From: a virus
IMG/VR virus record: IMGVR_UViG_3300028559_000034
Span: 4,533 to 68,532 of that record
Strand: one strand, 5' to 3'
Length of the DNA: 64,000 nucleotides
In this document: one piece after another, positions 59,933-64,000 of the stretch
How positions within the stretch are numbered: the stretch's first letter is position 1
Layout: every line of letters starts with the position of its first letter
The notes under the pieces: model-generated
Told to the model about the DNA's origin: nothing
The model's input: only the letters and a program-made list of their open reading frames with translations
The model's database searches: none
Translations under genes and position numbers: made by a program

Positions 59933-61234
59933 ATGCAGATTTATAAAACTACCAACCTAATAAACAATAAAATTTATATAGGCAAAGACACAACATCTGA
60001 TCCTAAATATTTTGGATCAGGATTACTAATTAAGCGAGCCTTCAAAAAATATGGTAGTGAAAACTTCATTAAAGAGGTTATCGACACATCTGATGACTAT
60101 AATGAACTATCTAAAAAAGAAATTTATTGGATATCATTCTATAATTCAACAGATAAAAAAATTGGGTATAATATATCTAATGGTGGTGATGGCGGTGATA
60201 CTCTATCAAATCATCCAGATTTGGAAATAATAAAAGAAAAAATATCAAAAAATAGCCCAAAAAAAGGAAAGACTTATGAGGAAGCTTTCGGTGAGGAAAT
60301 ATCGAAGAAGTATAAAGAGAATCTATCTAAATCAAACACCAGGCATAATTTAGGAAAAAAGCTTGATGAATTATACTCATCAGAAAAATCAGAAAGAATT
60401 AGAAAATCAATTAGTAATAGTAGTAAAATTAATTGGACACCGGAGAGGAAAAAACTACACTCTAATTTTGCTAAAAATAATATATACAAATCTTTGCTAT
60501 CAGATAAATCAATTGAAAAAAATAGAAATTACTTAAATGAAAGATGGTCTAATTGGAGAAATACTGAAATTAAAATTATAGAAAGTCTGAATATAGAAGA
60601 TCTGGTATCTTATTTAAATAAGATACCAAATTCACTTTTTAGTAACAGGAGTGATTTTTATAAGTTTATTGGCAATGATAAACACGAATTGATAAAGAAA
60701 AATTTACTTAAAAATAGAATTCCAAATAAAAATAATGAATCGAATAAAAAGTCTATTATAATTGATAATATCAATTATGAATCAATATCAGATGCCGTAA
60801 AAATTCTAAATATTGATAGGTCTCTAATACGTTCAAGACTAAAATCATCACATTTCAAAAATTATCTTTATCAAGATGATGAACTGAATAAAAAATATAA
60901 AAAATATGAGAACATTGATCCACATCTATCAAAAAAAGAAAAAATATCAATAGATGGTATTATCTATGAATCTATTACGGAAGCTGCAAAATATTTAAAT
61001 AAATCAAATGATTATATCAATTGGAGATTAAACTCAAAATCCTATCCAGATTGGTTTTACCTAAATAAGGAAGTGGAATTAAAAGAAACCGGTGATCCAA
61101 AGATGAAAAAGGTTTCAATAATAGGAAATGAATATGATTCAATTGCTGATGCTGTAGTTAAGTCCGGAATAGACAGACAAATAATGAGATATAGATTGAG
61201 ATCAAATAATTATCCTGATTATTTTTATATATAG
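59933..61234 (+). CDS. GIY-YIG homing endonuclease with three C-terminal NUMOD1-like repeats
   Basis: MQIYKTTNLINNKIYIG...YFGSG...E...GYN; 3x I....Y(E/D)SI..A...RL.S. Alternative start at 59912. Confidence 0.9.
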   Translation: MQIYKTTNLINNKIYIGKDTTSDPKYFGSGLLIKRAFKKYGSENFIKEVIDTSDDYNELSKKEIYWISFYNSTDKKIGYNISNGGDGGDTLSNHPDLEIIKEKISKNSPKKGKTYEEAFGEEISKKYKENLSKSNTRHNLGKKLDELYSSEKSERIRKSISNSSKINWTPERKKLHSNFAKNNIYKSLLSDKSIEKNRNYLNERWSNWRNTEIKIIESLNIEDLVSYLNKIPNSLFSNRSDFYKFIGNDKHELIKKNLLKNRIPNKNNESNKKSIIIDNINYESISDAVKILNIDRSLIRSRLKSSHFKNYLYQDDELNKKYKKYENIDPHLSKKEKISIDGIIYESITEAAKYLNKSNDYINWRLNSKSYPDWFYLNKEVELKETGDPKMKKVSIIGNEYDSIADAVVKSGIDRQIMRYRLRSNNYPDYFYI

Positions 61235-61240
61235 TCTAAT

Positions 61241-61633
61241 ATGAAACATTTAAAATCATATAAAATATTTGAGTCTGTCGATAGAAAATTTATGAATGAA
61301 TTTCTATATGATTTTGGATTATTTATAACTCTAAATCTGTCACAAGTTACTAAAATGGGGATTGATGAAAATGCTACTAAAGAGTTAGTATTAATGTCTC
61401 AAAGACTTAGACAACCATTAATAAATGGAATGAATTATAGTGAACTAACTAAAGATGTTAATTCAATATATAAAAATCCAAAAATGACATCAGCTTTAGT
61501 TGATCAAATAAGAAATTTACTAACTTATATAGAACCAAGAATACAAAAATTTGTAAAGGAATGTGATTATAAAAAAAATTGGCTAACTAAAATTAATAAA
61601 TTTAAAGAAAATTATAAAATAATTATATCATGA
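61241..61633 (+). CDS. Hypothetical protein with leader MKHLKSYKIFES
   Basis: First of an ATGA-coupled run. Confidence 0.75.
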   Translation: MKHLKSYKIFESVDRKFMNEFLYDFGLFITLNLSQVTKMGIDENATKELVLMSQRLRQPLINGMNYSELTKDVNSIYKNPKMTSALVDQIRNLLTYIEPRIQKFVKECDYKKNWLTKINKFKENYKIIIS

Positions 61634-61983
61634 GAATTAAAAAATTCAACGAATCAAATTCGGATAAATTAGATCAACCATATATTAAATTCATTTTTGA
61701 AGAATTTTTAGATAAAGATGAAAATGAAATACATTTTGATGAGGATAAAAATTCGTATTTTGAAATTTTTATAACAGAACCTTTAATTATAACAGATTCT
61801 GAAATAAATTTTGAAGATTATGAGAAAAATATTGAAGATTTATTAAATTTTTCAAAAACTTTAAAATCTTGTATAGATAAAGTCAAAGAAGAATATCCAG
61901 ATATTAATGTCAACTTTGATTTTGAAAGTGTCGAAGTTGGATCAAAAATTAAAAGAGATTTACATCTATCATTTTATTTATGA
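61630..61983 (+). CDS. Hypothetical protein with leader MRIKKFNES (paralog A)
   Basis: ATGA overlap; similar to 62438-62824. Confidence 0.75.
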   Translation: MRIKKFNESNSDKLDQPYIKFIFEEFLDKDENEIHFDEDKNSYFEIFITEPLIITDSEINFEDYEKNIEDLLNFSKTLKSCIDKVKEEYPDINVNFDFESVEVGSKIKRDLHLSFYL

Positions 61984-62441
61984 AATATCTAAATAGTTAT
62001 AAATTATTTGAAAAGTTAAATGAAATAGATCTACCTATTTATAAAGGAGATCCAGAAGAATTAGAAGCAGAAGAATATCTAGAAAATATTCTTTTAGATT
62101 TAAAAGATTTAGAATCAAAATTTTCAGTAGGAGACTCATCAGTAATAAATCAGATGGTTCCTAGTGAAAATTGGTATAAAAATACAGGTGTTGAAAAAGG
62201 ATTTAAAAATTATGTAAGTATATACATTCAAATAATGAAAAAAGAGCATATACAAGAAATTTTAAATATAATAAAACAATGCATTTATTACATGAAAAAT
62301 AATGGTTGGAAATATAGTATTAGAAAAGATATGCAGCATCATATTAATGTGGATGATATATTGAATGTTTTTTCGACTTACCCCGATGATGATTTTAAAC
62401 TTTACTATAAAACAATAAATATAAGCTTTTGGAAAATATGA
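61980..62441 (+). CDS. Hypothetical protein with leader MKYLNSYKLFE (paralog B)
   Basis: ATGA overlap; similar to 62821-63243. Confidence 0.75.
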   Translation: MKYLNSYKLFEKLNEIDLPIYKGDPEELEAEEYLENILLDLKDLESKFSVGDSSVINQMVPSENWYKNTGVEKGFKNYVSIYIQIMKKEHIQEILNIIKQCIYYMKNNGWKYSIRKDMQHHINVDDILNVFSTYPDDDFKLYYKTINISFWKI

Positions 62442-62824
62442 AAATTAAAAAATTTAACGAATCAAAAAAAGAGTTAGACACTGAATATTTAAATTTTGTG
62501 TTTAATGAATTCACTGATAATGGGGCAGAAATAGAAATAGACGAATCTGCAGATCGCACCAAAAAATATTGGCATATCTTTTTAGAAGAGCCTCAATTAA
62601 ATTTGAAATTCAATTCTATTTCTGACTATACAAATAATATAAATGAGGTATATAAATTCTCAAAGGAATTGGAATCTTGTTTTAAAAAATTAGAAGATGA
62701 CAAAATTAATTATGAAATTGTCATTGAAGAAATAATAGATGAAAAAGGTAATTATATATTCAATCAAGGTTCGGAAATGCCAGAAAAAATACAAAGAATA
62801 ATAATAATAATATTTTCAGAATGA
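62438..62824 (+). CDS. Hypothetical protein with leader MKIKKFNES (paralog A')
   Basis: ATG 62438 overlaps the upstream TGA. Confidence 0.75.
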   Translation: MKIKKFNESKKELDTEYLNFVFNEFTDNGAEIEIDESADRTKKYWHIFLEEPQLNLKFNSISDYTNNINEVYKFSKELESCFKKLEDDKINYEIVIEEIIDEKGNYIFNQGSEMPEKIQRIIIIIFSE

Positions 62825-63243
62825 AAAATATATTAAATTTTAAAAAGTTTGAAAATTCAGAGTATGATGATGCTAAAGAAAATTTAGAATTTATTTTATT
62901 AGATATAAAAGATCTAGGATTAAATTATTCAATTTTTGGCAGAAGTAAATTTTTAGACAATCCCGGTGAAACGTGGTATAGAAATACTAAAGTTGAAAAA
63001 GGATTTAAGGAATATATAAGTATATCAATTGGAACAAGAAAAGAATATATAGATGAAATTTTAAATATAATAAAAGAATGTGTTAATTACATGATAAATG
63101 ATGGTTGGAAATATAGTACAAAAATAGATAGAGGTGTTAGTGTGGTTGATATAGATATAGATCGAATAGTTCCTTTATTCAATCAAAATAGAGATATTAC
63201 AAAATATTTAGGACAAATACATATACATTTTTGGAAAATATGA
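62821..63243 (+). CDS. Hypothetical protein with leader MKNILNFKKFENS (paralog B')
   Basis: ATGA overlap. Confidence 0.75.
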   Translation: MKNILNFKKFENSEYDDAKENLEFILLDIKDLGLNYSIFGRSKFLDNPGETWYRNTKVEKGFKEYISISIGTRKEYIDEILNIIKECVNYMINDGWKYSTKIDRGVSVVDIDIDRIVPLFNQNRDITKYLGQIHIHFWKI

Positions 63244-63503
63244 TACTACCATTTAAAGAAGAAGAAATATCAGAAAATACTTTTATTAGAACATTTCATC
63301 AAGATGTTGATTCTGGATATTTATATTGGCATCGTGACTTTGAAGATAGAATAATAGAATCTATTGAGAAAACTAATTGGAAATTTCAATTAGATAATGA
63401 ATTACCAATTGAAATAAATGGTGAAATATTTATACCAAAAGGCATTTATCATAGGTTAATAAAAGGTGATAGTGATTTAAAAATAAAACTAAAGAAATTA
63501 TGA
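63240..63503 (+). CDS. Small cupin-like protein
   Basis: WHRD.E...W.FQ.DNELP...IFIPKG.YHR.IKG. Confidence 0.7.
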   Translation: MILPFKEEEISENTFIRTFHQDVDSGYLYWHRDFEDRIIESIEKTNWKFQLDNELPIEINGEIFIPKGIYHRLIKGDSDLKIKLKKL

Positions 63504-63952
63504 TTAAAAAATATGAAGGATTTTTAAATTTCTTTAAAAAAAATGATAACACATCTGAAATAGTTCAAATAGTTAATGATATAGTTAATGATCTTAATGA
63601 TTTAAATAATGTTGATGTTAAAGCAGCGAAAGAACATATAATAAAAGGAAATGATAGTGAAAAAATTAAAATAGTTTTCGCAGTTTCACTTAATAAAGAT
63701 TCTATAGTTAGTTTTTTAAATGAATTAGAAAATGTTAATTCACATTTAAATTCTGAAAATTTTATAGCAAATTTATGGTTTTTAAATGATAGTGATATGG
63801 ATGGATCAAGTGGTTATATTATTAATAATAAAAATTATTCAAATTTAAATTTGAATATTTTCACAGATCCGAAAATATATAATCAATCACCTGGTCTATA
63901 TTTAGTTGTTAAAAGAATAGATAATAAAAGTAGGTATAGGTTTTCAACATGA
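63500..63952 (+). CDS. Hypothetical protein with leader MIKKYEGF
   Basis: ATGA overlap; 150 aa. Confidence 0.7.
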   Translation: MIKKYEGFLNFFKKNDNTSEIVQIVNDIVNDLNDLNNVDVKAAKEHIIKGNDSEKIKIVFAVSLNKDSIVSFLNELENVNSHLNSENFIANLWFLNDSDMDGSSGYIINNKNYSNLNLNIFTDPKIYNQSPGLYLVVKRIDNKSRYRFST

Positions 63953-64000
63953 GAAAAATCTCTAATATCTAATCCCCATTCCTTTAATTTCTTAACCGAT

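Noticed and set aside
59860-59935. Group I intron around the GIY-YIG gene
   Set aside because: The upstream gene ends cleanly, the flanks are too short for an intron core, and the endonuclease has its own promoter motif; it appears free-standing.
5703-60489. Short overlapping ORFs (5703, 5744, 8798, 10945, 13361, 14032, 14096, 14142, 16711, 17229, 18302, 21567, 23819, 30362, 34012, 34781, 38802, 39611, 41083, 41805, 43345, 48798, 56160, 59638, 60274)
   Set aside because: Antisense or alternate-frame shadows of well-supported genes, often caused by coding repeats; no motifs.
1-64000. Genome-wide stop codon reassignment (UGA or UAG) to explain the RF gene
   Set aside because: Long genes are intact in code 11; TGA ends many genes with ATGA coupling (61630-63503) and TAG ends others (4163, 59883).
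63885-64000. 3' end of a - strand gene at the window edge
   Set aside because: An open frame exists (..KKLKEWGLDIRDFSH..) but it is too short and overlapping to call.

Overview
AT-rich segment of a large T4-like (jumbo) myovirus genome, read in genetic code 11. Host-type promoters match the Bacteroidota consensus (TTTG-N18-20-TATATTTG), so the host is probably Bacteroidota. The window holds the head module (portal, protease-scaffold fusion, major capsid protein, gp2, gp4), a gp55-like sigma factor, gp15, gp25, a clamp loader, giant virion proteins, intein-containing PhoH, and homing endonucleases. The ORF track misses several features: (1) an RF1-like release factor (PPT and GGQ motifs, no domain 1) split by one in-frame UGA and preceded by a stop-codon-rich leader; (2) a tmRNA with an unusual 29-aa tag, which with ClpP and an NFACT-R protein suggests a phage ribosome-rescue toolkit; (3) a probable non-AUG start for the sigma factor; (4) a recombinase remnant next to a gene flanked by direct repeats. 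Also notable are about 20 proteins sharing a capsid-targeting-like N-terminal leader, a truncated capsid paralog, and duplicated peptidase and 'SCM'-protein genes that share a domain. All family calls come from motif recognition by eye; no database searches were run.
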